DNA of 64,000 bases, taken from contig CAXXMR010000013.1 of NCBI GenBank assembly GCA_963663805.2, forward strand, positions 32,001-96,000, in the 5' to 3' direction. A program made the translations under genes and the position numbers. Origin of the DNA: Sedimentisphaerales bacterium (GTDB taxonomy: Bacteria > Planctomycetota > Phycisphaerae > Sedimentisphaerales > SM23-30). Positions 31,278 to 39,809 of the stretch are shown in pieces (within the stretch, counting starts at the first letter, position 1; every line of letters starts with the position of its first letter). The notes under the pieces were generated by a model that ran no database searches, had not been told where the DNA came from, and saw only the letters and a list, made by a program, of their open reading frames with translations.

Positions 31278-31409
31278 CGCATTCTCCTTTATATCAGCTA
31301 CTTACATTATAGGCTGGTCAGGCGGGAGGGTAGCGAGTTTTTTTCTAAAAAAAACGGCGGGTGGATTTGACTATTAGGATTTACACCTATATCGTAATGT
31401 GTACGGATA

Positions 31410-31483
31410 AGGGATGAAGAAGGCAAGAGGGATGAGGGATGAGTGGACGGGAACCGCTTACTGACGTACGCGGCTCTGAAAGT
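31410..31483 (+). repeat. Mosaic repeat: AGGGATG heptamers + REP-like element
   Basis: ACCGCTTACTGACGTACGCGGCTCTGAAAGT (31453-31483), one mismatch to 34197-34227. Confidence 0.75.
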
Positions 31484-31711
31484 GAAGAAGGCAAGAAGTT
31501 ATGCGGTGATTTGGGTTGTAAGTGCTGTTTTTAGGCAGGCTAAAATGTCGTAAGTCTTTATTTTTTTGGCGTTATCGACTCTTTTTGAGTTGAAATATGA
31601 GCGCGGTTATGCCTGAGACGACCGTTTTTTGCGAATTTTTGAGCGTTTTTTTTGATTTTTGAATGATTTTTTGAAGCTTTTTAACGTTTTTTGAGCGTTT
31701 AAGGTGAGTAT

Positions 31712-32179
31712 TTGAACGACCGAGGGCAACAATCCGGGCGGCTAAGCCGCGAGGAACGGCTGGCGAAGTTCCGTGAGATTTGTGCGGGGTCGGGCCTGAG
31801 AATTACGCCGCAGCGGGTAGCAATATATGAATCTCTGCTGGAAATGGAAAGTCATCCTTCGGCGGAGCAGGTTTTGAAAAAAGTTCGTGAGAAATTTTCA
31901 AATATTTCACTGGATACCGTGAACCGAACACTGTTAACATTGTGCTCGATGGGTCTTTGTTCGACGTTGGAAGGTTCGGGTGATGCCCGGCGTTTCGATG
32001 GGATTCAGAAGGAACACCATCATTTCAAATGCTTGAGGTGTAAGAAAATAATAGATGTGGACGAGATAGACGGTCTGGATGTTGGCACGCCAGCGGAGTT
32101 GGCGGGCTGTGAGGTTGTCAGGAGGATGGTTTATTTTGAAGGCCGGTGTGCAGAATGTCGGGCGGAGGTTACGGAATAG
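31712..32179 (+). CDS. perR: Fur-family regulator, PerR-like
   Basis: LRITPQR, HPSAE, HHHFKCLRC, CAEC; heads the oxidative-stress cluster. Confidence 0.85.
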   Translation: MNDRGQQSGRLSREERLAKFREICAGSGLRITPQRVAIYESLLEMESHPSAEQVLKKVREKFSNISLDTVNRTLLTLCSMGLCSTLEGSGDARRFDGIQKEHHHFKCLRCKKIIDVDEIDGLDVGTPAELAGCEVVRRMVYFEGRCAECRAEVTE

Positions 32180-32180
32180 T

Positions 32181-32224
32181 TTTAACCGCGGATTACACGG
32201 ATTACGCGGATTTTTAACGGCAAC
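32181..32224 (+). repeat. Nonamer (CGGATTACR) array ending in AACGGC
   Basis: TTTAACCGCGGATTACACGGATTACGCGGATTTTTAACGGCAAC. Confidence 0.75.
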
Positions 32225-32267
32225 TACTAAGAGTTTTTAATCAGACATTTTTAGAAAGGAAACTGAT

Positions 32268-32840
32268 ATGGCATTGAAGGGTAGTCAGACAGAGAAGAAT
32301 CTTTTGACGGCGTTTGCGGGTGAGTCTCAGGCACGGAATCGTTATACTTATTTTGCGGGCCAGGCTAAGAAAGATGGTTTTGTGCAGATACAGTCGATTT
32401 TTGAAGAGACGGCGAATCAGGAAAAAGAACACGCTAAACGTTTGTTCAAGTTTCTGGAAGGCGGCGAAGTTGAGATCGTGGCGGCTTTTCCGGCAGGTGT
32501 GATCGGCTCTACGATTGAGAACCTGAAAGAATCGGCGGCGGGCGAGAATTATGAAACGACAGAAATGTATCCGGATTTTGCCAAGGTCGCGGACGAAGAA
32601 GGGTTCAAGGAAATCGCGGGCGTATTCCGCCGTATCGCAGTGGCAGAAGCGCGGCATCGTGACCGCTATCTGAAACTGGCAGATAATATCGCTAAGGGTA
32701 TTGTCTTTAAGAGCGAAAAGCCGGTTCGGTGGATTTGCCGTAATTGCGGTTATGTGCATGAAGACGCGAGTGCTCCGGGTGTTTGTCCGGCGTGTGCTCA
32801 TCCGCAGGCTCATTTTGAGCTGGAAGCGGTGAATTATTAA
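32268..32840 (+). CDS. rbr: Rubrerythrin
   Basis: AFAGESQARNRY, EKEH, WICRNCG..CPAC.HP. Confidence 0.97.
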   Translation: MALKGSQTEKNLLTAFAGESQARNRYTYFAGQAKKDGFVQIQSIFEETANQEKEHAKRLFKFLEGGEVEIVAAFPAGVIGSTIENLKESAAGENYETTEMYPDFAKVADEEGFKEIAGVFRRIAVAEARHRDRYLKLADNIAKGIVFKSEKPVRWICRNCGYVHEDASAPGVCPACAHPQAHFELEAVNY

Positions 32841-32940
32841 CGGCAGGCATGAGGCATGAGGCAATAGGCAAGAGTGAACGGCGAGGTTTCGGCCTTGGGT
32901 ATGGTTTGTTTGATGCTCCGGCTGCTTACGCGGCTCGGTT
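32839..32940 (+). repeat. Mosaic repeat: AACGGC + GAGGCAT heptamers + GTGAACGGC + REP-like hairpin
   Basis: AACGGCaggcatgaggcatgaggcaataggcaagagtgAACGGC ... TCCGGCTGCTTACGCGGCTCGGT. Confidence 0.8.
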
Positions 32941-32963
32941 TTTGTTGATGGTAGAGGTTTGTT

Positions 32964-34151
32964 ATGCGGCAGTTGGTTGACAGGGTATTTGAAGTGGGGG
33001 CGATAGACTGGGACGCGGTGCTTTTTGATAAGCTCATTCCTCTGCCTAACGGGACCAGCTATAACTCTTATCTGATTGAAGGTTCGGCAAAGACGGCGCT
33101 TTTGGACACGGTTGACCCGTCGAAAAAAGATGTGCTGGTAGAGAATCTGAAGTCTCGGCCTGTGGAGCGTCTTGATTATCTGATAGCTCATCACGCGGAG
33201 CAAGACCATTCGGGCAGTATTCCGGTGATTCTGAACCGTTATCCGGAAGCGAAGCTGGTGACGAATCCGAAATGTCGGGCGATGCTTCAGGACATGATGG
33301 CTATTGATGATGAGAAGTTTCTGGAAATAGAAGATGGTGAGGAATTGTCGCTGGGCGATAAGACTTTGCGTTTTCTGTATTTACCGTGGGTTCATTGGCC
33401 TGAGACTATGAGCAGCTATCTAGTGGAAGATAAGATACTGTTCTCGTGTGACTTTTTTGGTTCGCATGTGGCGACGAACAAGCTGTTTGTGGATGATGAA
33501 GCGATGGCGTTGGATGGCGCGAAGCGTTATTACGCGGAAATCATGATGCCGTTTCGGAATCAGATTCGCAAGAATATCGAAAAGTTAAGCGGCATTGAGA
33601 TTGAGATGATCGCTCCGAGTCATGGTCAGGTTTATGACAAACCGAGTCTGATAGTCGATGCTTATTCGGAATGGATTTCGGATGAGGTGAAGAACGAAGT
33701 ACTGCTGGCGTATGTATCGATGCACGGCAGTACGGAAAAGATGGTGGGAATGCTTGTTGAGGCGTTGACGCAGCGGGGTATAAAGGTGCGTTTGTTTGAG
33801 TTGACGGAAATGGATTTGGGTAAGTTGGCGATTGCTTTGGTGGATTCAGCGACTTTGATAATCGCGACTCCGGCAGTGTTGGCGGGGGCTCATCCGGCAG
33901 CGGCGTCATTGGCTTATTTGGTGAATGAGTTGCGGCCTAAGACGAAGCTGGCGGGAATTATTAATTCGTTCGGCTGGGGCAGTAAGGCGGTTGAGAATCT
34001 GACGGATATGATGAGTAATCTGAAGGCTGAATGGCTTGAGCCGGTGAAGGTTAAAGGTTGTCCGGTTGATGATGATAAAGCCAAACTGGAAGCGATGGCG
34101 GAAGCGATTGCTTTTAACGGCAGGCAAGAGGCATTAGGCAAGAGGCAATAG
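32964..34151 (+). CDS. fprA: Flavodiiron protein (FprA/A-type flavoprotein)
   Basis: GTSYNSYL, HAEQDHSG, HWPET, SCDFFG, APSHG, YVSMHGST, SFGW motifs. Confidence 0.95.
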   Translation: MRQLVDRVFEVGAIDWDAVLFDKLIPLPNGTSYNSYLIEGSAKTALLDTVDPSKKDVLVENLKSRPVERLDYLIAHHAEQDHSGSIPVILNRYPEAKLVTNPKCRAMLQDMMAIDDEKFLEIEDGEELSLGDKTLRFLYLPWVHWPETMSSYLVEDKILFSCDFFGSHVATNKLFVDDEAMALDGAKRYYAEIMMPFRNQIRKNIEKLSGIEIEMIAPSHGQVYDKPSLIVDAYSEWISDEVKNEVLLAYVSMHGSTEKMVGMLVEALTQRGIKVRLFELTEMDLGKLAIALVDSATLIIATPAVLAGAHPAAASLAYLVNELRPKTKLAGIINSFGWGSKAVENLTDMMSNLKAEWLEPVKVKGCPVDDDKAKLEAMAEAIAFNGRQEALGKRQ

Positions 34152-34227
34152 TGAACGGCTTGGTTTCGCCTTCGGCGAGTTTTTTTATTTAACGGTACCG
34201 CTTACTGACGTGCGCGGCTCTGAAAGT
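34115..34227 (+). repeat. Three-module mosaic repeat, each module starting with AACGG
   Basis: [AACGGC + heptamers][AACGGC + CGCC-TTC-GGCG hairpin + T run][AACGGT + REP-like element]. Confidence 0.8.
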
Positions 34228-34272
34228 TTGTTAAGGGATAAAGTTTGGGAAGGTTTATAAGGAGATTTTGTT

Positions 34273-34650
34273 ATGACTAAACAGCTAGAGATTTACAAGT
34301 GTGAGCATTGTGGGATTATCGCGGAAGTATTACATGCCGGCGGCGGTAAGATGGTTTGCTGCGGCGAGCCGATGAAACTGCTGGTGGAAAATACGGTTGA
34401 CGCAGCGAAAGAAAAACATGTGCCGGTAATCGAAAAGATTTCGGGTGGTTACAAGGTCAAGGTTGGCAGTGTGGCACATCCGATGACGGAAGAACACATG
34501 ATAGAATGGGTAGAGCTGATTGCCGATGGGAAGGCTTATCGTCAGTTTTTGGCGGTGGGCGGAGCGCCGGAAGCGGTTTTTATGGTGGAAGCGGCTTCGG
34601 TTTCGGCGCGTGAATTTTGCAATCTGCATGGTCTCTGGAAAGGAGAGTGA
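34273..34650 (+). CDS. dfx: Desulfoferrodoxin (2Fe superoxide reductase)
   Basis: YKC..CG, VCCG, EKHVP, HPM..EH.I.W, CNLHGLW. Confidence 0.97.
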   Translation: MTKQLEIYKCEHCGIIAEVLHAGGGKMVCCGEPMKLLVENTVDAAKEKHVPVIEKISGGYKVKVGSVAHPMTEEHMIEWVELIADGKAYRQFLAVGGAPEAVFMVEAASVSAREFCNLHGLWKGE

Positions 34651-34656
34651 TGTACG

Positions 34657-35166
34657 ATGTTGAAGCCGAAAATGGAAGCGGCGTTTAATAAGCAGTTGAA
34701 CGCTGAGTATTATTCGTCTTATATGTATTTATCGATGGCGGCATATTTTGATTCGCTTGACCTGCCGGGTTTCAGTAACTGGATGCGGGTACAGGTTGAC
34801 GAAGAGCGTTTTCACGCGATGAAGTTTTTTGATTTTATTTCCAATCGGGGCGGGCGGGTTAAGTTGACGGAGATCGCGGGGCCGCCGGTGGACTGGAAGT
34901 CGGCATTGGATGTTTTTGAAGCGACGCTGGCTCATGAGCAGAAGGTTACGGGTTTGATAAATGATTTGGTTTATCTGGCTCGTGATGAGCGTGATAACGC
35001 TTCGGAAGTTTTTCTGGGCTGGTTTGTGACCGAGCAGGTTGAAGAAGAAGACAATGTGCGGAAAATACTGGGACAGTTAAAGTTGATTTCTGATAGTCCG
35101 CAGGCGTTGTATATGCTGGATAAGGAACTTGCGGCTCGTACGTTTTCGCCACCGGTGGCGGAATAG
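34657..35166 (+). CDS. ftnA: Non-heme ferritin
   Basis: E.YSSY.YLSM, EERFHAMK, HEQKVT, WFVTEQVEEE. Confidence 0.95.
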   Translation: MLKPKMEAAFNKQLNAEYYSSYMYLSMAAYFDSLDLPGFSNWMRVQVDEERFHAMKFFDFISNRGGRVKLTEIAGPPVDWKSALDVFEATLAHEQKVTGLINDLVYLARDERDNASEVFLGWFVTEQVEEEDNVRKILGQLKLISDSPQALYMLDKELAARTFSPPVAE

Positions 35167-35202
35167 TCGATAGTCTGGCCATTTAGAGAATGGAGTTTTG
35201 CT

Positions 35203-35361
35203 ATGCAGAAATATCGTTGTTTGTTATGCGGCTATGTTTATGACCCGGCGGCGGGTGATCCTGATAATGGGGTTGAGGCGGGTACGGCTTTTGAGGCTTT
35301 GCCGGATGACTGGGTTTGCCCGGAATGCGGGGCGGGCAAGGATGATTTTGAGGTAATTTGA
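35203..35361 (+). CDS. Rubredoxin, 52 aa (not in the ORF track)
   Basis: [52 protein letters not shown], preceded by GGAG. Confidence 0.96.
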   Translation: MQKYRCLLCGYVYDPAAGDPDNGVEAGTAFEALPDDWVCPECGAGKDDFEVI

Positions 35362-35377
35362 GGTCCCTAAAAAAACG

Positions 35378-35512
35378 TTGATTTTGTGAAGGTGACTTGC
35401 TAGTATATTGTCTGAAGTGTGTGCCGTTGCCCTTTTGGAGAGGGGCGACAATTTAAACATGAATGACCGGCTAGAGAGAGACTGACGAAGAGTCTCTGTC
35501 TGCCGGTTTTTT
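35378..35512 (+). promoter_or_regulatory. Sigma70-like promoter followed by a hairpin and an intrinsic terminator (leader/attenuator or sRNA)
   Basis: TTGATT-N17-TAGTAT with TG extension; hairpin 35426-35449; ACCGGC..AGAGACT-loop-AGTCTCT..GCCGGT + T run at 35466-35512. Confidence 0.5.
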
Positions 35513-35558
35513 GTGTTTGGGTAGGAAATGTTAAAAGAGGTAGTTTGAGGAAGGCGAA

Positions 35559-36560
35559 ATGTTAAATTGGGTTAGGTGGGCGGTTTTTGCGTCGCTATTG
35601 GTGCCGGGTTTAGTATGGTCTGATATAATCGCTTACTCGATGGATTCGGGGATTTACGGTTCTGCCGGTGCCGATATCGGTGTGGCGACGGTTGGCTCCA
35701 GCGGTGTTTTGCTGAGCGGGGTTCCTACTTCGCAGTGGACCTATGGTTGTTCGGCGACCTCGGCGGGGATGCTTTTTGGGTACTATGACCGAACAGGTTA
35801 TGACGATATGTATACCGGTTCGGCTAACGGCGGGGTGGCACCTTTGGTGGATTTGGGGGCGAGCTGTTCTTTGATAGCGACGAAGTTTGGTTTTGATGGT
35901 CGGACTACGGCAGGGCATGTTGATGATTACTGGGTATCTTATACGACGGCAGGGCCTGACCCCTGGGAGGCGAGCGGTGTAGAGCATGAGTGGGGTGGTT
36001 GTGTGGCGGATTATCTGGGGACGAATCAGTGGAAGTGGGATTTTGTGGATGGGGATGGGGTGATAGATTTTAATACGGACGGCAGTACGGCGGTGTTTAT
36101 GTATAACAGCGGGGCGCGGTTGTATGATTATATACCGTCGGCGTCGGCTGGTATTGTGCAGACGGCATTTACGCATGGTTTGCGTTTGTTTGCTGAGTCG
36201 CGTGGGTATGAGGTGGTGACGAATTTCACGCAGCGGATAGATAATTACACGGGCGGTTTTACGTTTTTGGAGTATGTGTCGGAGATAGAGGCGGGTCGGC
36301 CTGTTTTTATGCAGATGGACGGTCATACTATGCTGGGGGTTGGTTATGACGCGGCGAGCGAACTGGTTTATGTACACGATACGTGGGACAATGATGTGCA
36401 TAGTTTTACGTGGGGTGGGTCTTACGCGGGGATGGCGCAAAAAGCGGTGACGGTTTTTGAGTTGGCGGTTATACCTGAGCCTGCGGCTGTTATATTTCTG
36501 TTGGGTGGTTCTTTGTTTGGGTTGCTGCGGCGGCGTCGAGGAAGCGGTAGAGGAGTTTGA
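35559..36560 (+). CDS. PEP-CTERM protein with a papain-like (C39/C10-like) peptidase domain
   Basis: WTYGCSATSAG, GHTMLGVGY, VHDTW; C-terminal IPEPAA + TM + RRRR. Confidence 0.8.
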   Translation: MLNWVRWAVFASLLVPGLVWSDIIAYSMDSGIYGSAGADIGVATVGSSGVLLSGVPTSQWTYGCSATSAGMLFGYYDRTGYDDMYTGSANGGVAPLVDLGASCSLIATKFGFDGRTTAGHVDDYWVSYTTAGPDPWEASGVEHEWGGCVADYLGTNQWKWDFVDGDGVIDFNTDGSTAVFMYNSGARLYDYIPSASAGIVQTAFTHGLRLFAESRGYEVVTNFTQRIDNYTGGFTFLEYVSEIEAGRPVFMQMDGHTMLGVGYDAASELVYVHDTWDNDVHSFTWGGSYAGMAQKAVTVFELAVIPEPAAVIFLLGGSLFGLLRRRRGSGRGV

Positions 36561-37212
36561 GGTTGGCGGTAACGCGGCGGTAGATGTCGGTGCGGATTTG
36601 GGCGGGGGTCTGTACGTGTGGGCCGGGCGTCATTTCCGCGGCGCAGTGGGTTAGCATCATTTCGATTGCTTCTACTGAATATTCCATGTGGAACTGGAAG
36701 CCGAAAACGCGGCTGTTATAGACGAAACCCTGGTTCGCGGTTGCCTGGCTTGAGCCGAACGGTATCGCATCGGCGGGCATCTGGAAGGTATCGCCGTGCC
36801 AGTGGAAGACTTCCATTTTTTCGGGGAAGTGTTTGAACTGGGGCAGTTGGCGAAGCTGCGGGGTGAAGGTTACGGGGAACCATCCGATTTCACGGTTTTT
36901 ATTTTGGGTGGTGGGTGCGCCTAGTACGTCGGCGATTAGCTGGGCTCCGAGACAAACGCCGATGATAGTCTTGCCGGCTTGAAGGGCTTGTTTGATATAT
37001 TGTTTTTCGATTTTCAGCCAGGGGTGTTCTTGGTATTGATAGATGTTCATGGTGCCGCCCATGACGACGAGCCAGTCGAATGAGTCGAGGCTGGGGAGGG
37101 TGTCGTTTTTGTAGAGCAGGGTGTTGGTCAGGGGGTAGTGACTCTGTTGGGCCCAGGTTCCGATGGCGGCTGAGTCTTCGAAAGGTTCGTGTATGAGGCA
37201 GTGGATTTTCAT
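36490..37212 (-). CDS. Type 1 glutamine amidotransferase (GMP-synthase-like)
   Basis: GVCLGAQL, EIGW, WHGDTF, FQFHME. Confidence 0.92.
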   Translation of the reverse strand: MKIHCLIHEPFEDSAAIGTWAQQSHYPLTNTLLYKNDTLPSLDSFDWLVVMGGTMNIYQYQEHPWLKIEKQYIKQALQAGKTIIGVCLGAQLIADVLGAPTTQNKNREIGWFPVTFTPQLRQLPQFKHFPEKMEVFHWHGDTFQMPADAIPFGSSQATANQGFVYNSRVFGFQFHMEYSVEAIEMMLTHCAAEMTPGPHVQTPAQIRTDIYRRVTANLKLLYRFLDAAAATQTKNHPTEI

Positions 37213-37283
37213 AATCAGATATAAGATGTCAGATGTCAGAGGTCAGTATAAACGGCTAGGCGTCGGCTTGCGACCGGGTTATT

Positions 37284-38840
37284 TTATTCGTTGGGGTTAA
37301 AGTTATTTTTGAAGTATCTGGCGTAGTCGATGTTTAGGTTTTTGATTTTGTATCTAATCATTCTGGAGGTTATTCCGAGTTCTCGTGCGGCGGCGGCCAT
37401 ATTACCATGCGAGCGTTTGAGGGAATCGACGATCATGTCAGTTTCGAGGGTGCTGATGCGGGTTTTCATGGTTCCCTTGGGTTTGGTTCCGGAAAGTTCT
37501 GGGGTTTGCAGGGTTGGGGGCAGGTTATGGCCGTGTATTACTTCGTCGCTGCTGAGCAGTACGGCGTGTTCGATGCAGTTTTCGAGTTCGCGGACGTTGC
37601 CGGGCCAATGGTAGGCCATCATCATGTTGATGGCCTGGGTGGTAATTCGTTTGATGTTTTTGGCCATTTTCTGAGCATATTTTTCTACGAAGTTGTTAGC
37701 GAGCAGTAGTACATCGTCTTTGCGGTCGCGCAGGGTTGGCAGATGAATCGGGAAAACGTTAATGCGATAGTATAAGTCGAGGCGGAATTGGTTGGACTGA
37801 ACGAGTTTTCCCAGGTCGCGGTTAGTGGCGGTAATGACGCGGACATTTACTTTGAGGGTCTGGTTGGAGCCTACGGGCTGGAATTCTTTTTCCTGGAGGA
37901 CGCGGAGCAGTTTTACCTGGGTTGAAGGCGAGAAGTCTCCGATTTCGTCGAGGAAAAGTGTTCCGCCGTCGGCCTGCTGGATGTGTCCCATTCTGTCGTT
38001 TACGGCTCCGGTGAAAGAGCCGCGGACGTGGCCGAAGAGTTCGCTTTCGAGCAGGTTTTCGTTCATGGCGGCACAGTTGACGCGGACGAAAGGTTTGTGG
38101 GCGCGGGGCGAACTGTAATGGATAGCGGCGGCGACGAGTTCTTTTCCTGTCCCCGATTCTCCGGTGATTAATACGGTGGTGTCGGAATTGGCGACCTGGT
38201 GGATAAGGGTATAGACATCGCGCATGGGTTTGGAGTTACCGATGATATTTTCGGGTCGGTAGCGTTCTTCGAGTGCGTTATTCAGGCGGGTTCTTTCAGC
38301 TTCGAATGCTTCCCGTTCGAGCTTTACGGAGCGTCGGGTGCGGATGTCGTGGGCGAGCATACTGGCGACGATGCTGAGGATTTGTTTTTTTTCTTCGAGG
38401 TCGTTGCTTTCTTCGTAGGGCATATCTACCGAAAGGGTGCCGACGACTTCGGCACCGAGTGAGATGGGCACGCAGATGAATGACCATTCGCCGTCGACTT
38501 CGAGCCAGCGTTGGTGGAGTCGGTCGCAGAAGCGTGGCTCCTGGGAGACTTTGGGTACGATGGCGGACTGGCCGGTCTGGAGTACGGTTCCGGTTATGCC
38601 TTCGCCGAGCGAATAGCGAACGTCCTGCTGGTTGTCGCTGGGCAGGTTGCCGGCGGCTTCGACGATTAGTTCGTTGCCGTCGAGTGATAGAATCATGATG
38701 GTGCCGCGGAGCATTTGGAGTTCTTTTTCGAGTACGCCGAGGATTTCGAGGAGCATTTCGCGTTGGCCTGAACGGGTGGCGAGTATTCGGGCGATGGCAT
38801 AGAGGGCGGCTAATTCGTGTTTGTGAAGGTTATTATCCAT
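37284..38840 (-). CDS. Sigma54-dependent activator, NifA-like GAF-AAA-HTH(Fis)
   Basis: GEGITG GAF motif, GESGTGKE, ESELFGHVRGSFTGA, FLDEIG, WPGNVRELEN, C-terminal HTH. Confidence 0.93.
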   Translation of the reverse strand: MDNNLHKHELAALYAIARILATRSGQREMLLEILGVLEKELQMLRGTIMILSLDGNELIVEAAGNLPSDNQQDVRYSLGEGITGTVLQTGQSAIVPKVSQEPRFCDRLHQRWLEVDGEWSFICVPISLGAEVVGTLSVDMPYEESNDLEEKKQILSIVASMLAHDIRTRRSVKLEREAFEAERTRLNNALEERYRPENIIGNSKPMRDVYTLIHQVANSDTTVLITGESGTGKELVAAAIHYSSPRAHKPFVRVNCAAMNENLLESELFGHVRGSFTGAVNDRMGHIQQADGGTLFLDEIGDFSPSTQVKLLRVLQEKEFQPVGSNQTLKVNVRVITATNRDLGKLVQSNQFRLDLYYRINVFPIHLPTLRDRKDDVLLLANNFVEKYAQKMAKNIKRITTQAINMMMAYHWPGNVRELENCIEHAVLLSSDEVIHGHNLPPTLQTPELSGTKPKGTMKTRISTLETDMIVDSLKRSHGNMAAAARELGITSRMIRYKIKNLNIDYARYFKNNFNPNE

Positions 38841-39075
38841 AATGTTGGTTGACAAATATGTATCCTGTGCGTAATTTGGTGACATTTTTGTAGCCTTTTT
38901 TGTCGGTTTGTTTTGGTCAGGCAAGGGGTGTAAGTCAGTGTACTTATTTGACTCGTTTATGTAATTCCTTTTTTTATAATCTCTTATATGTAGCGGACTA
39001 ATTTTATAGTTCACATTCGGCCCTTGTCAGTAATGTCATTCGGCCTGACAAAAACGGCTTCTACTGGGTAGTATT

Positions 39076-39091
39076 CGCAAAATCTGTGCCA
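39076..39091 (-). promoter_or_regulatory. Sigma54 -24/-12 promoter facing the activator gene
   Basis: Reverse complement TGGCAC-AGATT-TTGCG. Confidence 0.7.
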
Positions 39092-39387
39092 GGGATTGGG
39101 TGTGCTTTTGCGTTTTGGGTGTGTGTGACATTTATTTCTGGCGATGGATGATGTGAAAAAGAGTACACGGGGGAGAAGTTTTTGTGCTTGGAGTTAAGTT
39201 GTTTTGTTTAATGGGTTTAGGTTTGTGGTGGTGATGTGTGGTTGCGAGGTTGGGAAAAAGGTTTCCCTCTGGCGGTGGTGTGGAATTTGGGGGAGTGGGG
39301 GTGGCGGCAAAAAATATTTTTGTGTAAACTTTTTGCTGTGAATGGTTTATGTGTTTGTGAGATTTTTTTGATTTTATTTTTCGGACC

Positions 39388-39403
39388 TGGCACATCGGTT
39401 GCT
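39388..39403 (+). promoter_or_regulatory. Sigma54 -24/-12 promoter facing the 84-aa ORF
   Basis: TGGCAC-ATCGG-TTGCT consensus match. Confidence 0.8.
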
Positions 39404-39457
39404 TTTATAGATATGTGGAAAGTGTGTGCTAGATAGAATTTTAGGTGTGAGGATGAT

Positions 39458-39712
39458 GTGATGATGTTTGCGGACTTAGGTTCGGGAACGTCGGTGCGGT
39501 TTCGGCTTGCTGATGTTGTGTGCCCGGATGTTGATGACGCCAGAGAGCGAATTACTAATGACCTGGAGGTTTCGGGTCGGGTAGTTTTCCTGAGCGATTC
39601 GGGTGACGAGAAAGACCATTACGCTGTGGTGCAGGTCGATGGTATTCGGGCTCCTTTGGTTGTGGGAGTCGAAAAAATTAAAAAATGTTTGAATTTGAGC
39701 AGAGCGATTTGA
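39458..39712 (+). CDS. Small hypothetical protein, beta-rich (SH3/KOW-like by pattern)
   Basis: GAGGA RBS, downstream of a sigma54 promoter, 84 aa. Confidence 0.65.
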   Translation: MMMFADLGSGTSVRFRLADVVCPDVDDARERITNDLEVSGRVVFLSDSGDEKDHYAVVQVDGIRAPLVVGVEKIKKCLNLSRAI

Positions 39713-39809
39713 ATTAATTTATAACGCTAATAACTTAGCTCTCTCTCTCCCTCCCAGGCTTGCAATGTCCTCCCCGGATGGCCAAGCCTGGGCATTTTTA
39801 TGCGTATCG

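Noticed and set aside
31540..31705. T-rich GAGCGTTT repeats as a functional array
   Set aside because: Low-complexity sequence with irregular spacing and no definable unit.
35480..35492. Hammerhead ribozyme (CTGACGA core)
   Set aside because: No stem II or GAAA partner follows. The motif sits in a simple hairpin loop.
37284..38840. nifA and nitrogen fixation
   Set aside because: The domain architecture is NifA-like, but there are no nif genes in the window and this subfamily is widespread in non-diazotrophs.
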